In this document: piece by piece, positions 62,830 to 64,000 of the stretch
Layout: each line of letters starts with the position of its first letter
Numbering within the stretch: the first letter of the stretch is position 1
Program-made: the position numbers and the translations under genes
Notes under the pieces: model-generated
Told to the model about the DNA's origin: nothing
Databases searched by the model: none
Seen by the model: the letters and a program-made list of their open reading frames with translations, nothing else
Origin: Tagaea sp.
GTDB taxonomy: Bacteria; Pseudomonadota; Alphaproteobacteria; CACIAM-22H2
Assembly (NCBI GenBank): GCA_965279525.1
Contig: CBDIIB010000004.1
Span: 1,152,001 to 1,216,000 of the forward strand
Direction of reading: 5' to 3'
DNA length: 64,000 nt

Positions 62830-64000
62830 TCAGGCGGAAGGTGAAAGCTTGGCGGCGACATCGCGCACATAGGCGACGGCCGGCGCCACGCGCGCCTGTG
62901 CCGCCGCGACGGCAGGTGCCGGGTCGAAGACCTTGTCGAGCGTCGCGGCATCGAGCATGCCGGCGGCGGCCAGTGCCTCGCGCAGCGTGCCGCCGGTCTC
63001 GCGCACCTTGGTGGCGGCGGCTTCGACGGCCGCGTGTGCTGCACCGCGACCGAGCTTCGGCGTAAGGGCCGTCGCCGCCGCATCGGCATAGACGAGGCCA
63101 CGCGTGACGCCCAGATTTTGCGCCATCGCCGCCGGATCGACGACCAGCCCTTCGGCGAGCAAGCGTGCCTGCGCGCACGCACCCGACGCGAGCCCGAAGA
63201 GCGTCGCCAGCGCATGCCATTCAGCGTGCCAGGCACCCGCCGGCCGTTCATGCCCTGCGACAAGGCTTGCCGCCAGCGAAGCCGCATGGCCGTGTGCTGC
63301 CTGCGCGTTGGCGAGGATGACGGCAGCGGCAATCGGATTGCGCTTGTGCGGCATGGCCGACGAACCGCCGCGGCCGGGAATGTGCGGCTCGGCGACCTCG
63401 CCCACTTCGGTCGAGGCGAGATGCACGACATCGCCCGCCATCTTGGCAAGCGTGCCGCACAGCAACGCCAGCCACTGGCCGGCTGCCGCGATCCCGCCGC
63501 GCCGTGCGTGCCACGCGATGACCGGGCGGGAAAGGCCGAGATCCGCCGCGAAACCGGAAAGCACGGCTTCGGCCTTGTCGCCCATCGCCGCAAGCGTGCC
63601 GACCGGCCCGCCAAGCTGTGCGCGGCAGGCATCGACGCGCACCGCCGGCAGGCGTGCGGCTGCTTCGCCGATTCCGGCCGCCCACACCGCGACCTTGAAG
63701 CCGAACGACACCGGGGCCGCATGCTGGCCATAGGTGCGCCCGATGCATGGCGTGCCGGCATGGCGCTCGGCCATCGCGGCAAGACCGGCAAGGATCGCGC
63801 GAAGCTCGACGGCCAGCAGGTCGAACGCCGCAAGCACCTGGAGCGCCAGTGCGCTGTCGGCGATATCCTGGGTCGTGGCGCCGAAATGGACCGACGCCTC
63901 CAGATCCTTCGGCAGCTTCTGCTGCAATGCCTTGACGAACGGGATCGGCAGCACACCGGACAGGGCCGTGCCCTGCCCGAGGGCGTCGAGATCGAACGCG
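62830..64000 (-). CDS. pcaB: 3-carboxy-cis,cis-muconate cycloisomerase (5' end outside window)
   Basis: HFGATTQD, GRTYGQHA, GGSSAMPHKRNP, HERPAGAWHAEW; upstream of pcaDC. Confidence 0.9.
   Translation of the reverse strand, partial: AFDLDALGQGTALSGVLPIPFVKALQQKLPKDLEASVHFGATTQDIADSALALQVLAAFDLLAVELRAILAGLAAMAERHAGTPCIGRTYGQHAAPVSFGFKVAVWAAGIGEAAARLPAVRVDACRAQLGGPVGTLAAMGDKAEAVLSGFAADLGLSRPVIAWHARRGGIAAAGQWLALLCGTLAKMAGDVVHLASTEVGEVAEPHIPGRGGSSAMPHKRNPIAAAVILANAQAAHGHAASLAASLVAGHERPAGAWHAEWHALATLFGLASGACAQARLLAEGLVVDPAAMAQNLGVTRGLVYADAAATALTPKLGRGAAHAAVEAAATKVRETGGTLREALAAAGMLDAATLDKVFDPAPAVAAAQARVAPAVAYVRDVAAKLSPSA

Overview
GC-rich alphaproteobacterial chromosome segment, probably Rhodospirillales-like (inferred from gene order and protein sequences). 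Bases 1-31.7 kb are the core minus-strand translation/transcription supercluster: tRNA-Tyr/Gly, tuf, tRNA-Trp, secE-nusG, rplKAJL, rpoBC, rpsLG, tuf, S10-spc-alpha operons, degQ. fusA is absent between rpsG and tuf. Bases 32-64 kb are accessory and metabolic: repeat-extended RlmB, a divergent PhnZ-like/Fe-2OG oxygenase pair, a Tat hydrolase, an array of four unknown 4-Cys exported proteins, Co-type nitrile hydratase, an atypical HisRS, a GT41 transferase, UxaA, two chemoreceptors with CtrA boxes, a LysR/ArgH-like lyase/ABC/ureohydrolase operon, OpgC and a pcaB-pcaDC-pobA-esterase operon. The most novel-looking element is the 35.7-38.6 kb array: a ~1.35 kb unit (conserved 50-bp upstream element plus two exported paralogs) occurs twice, with a decayed third copy directly upstream of the nitrile hydratase. 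No CRISPR array, integrase or transposase was seen. All alignments and counts were done by eye.
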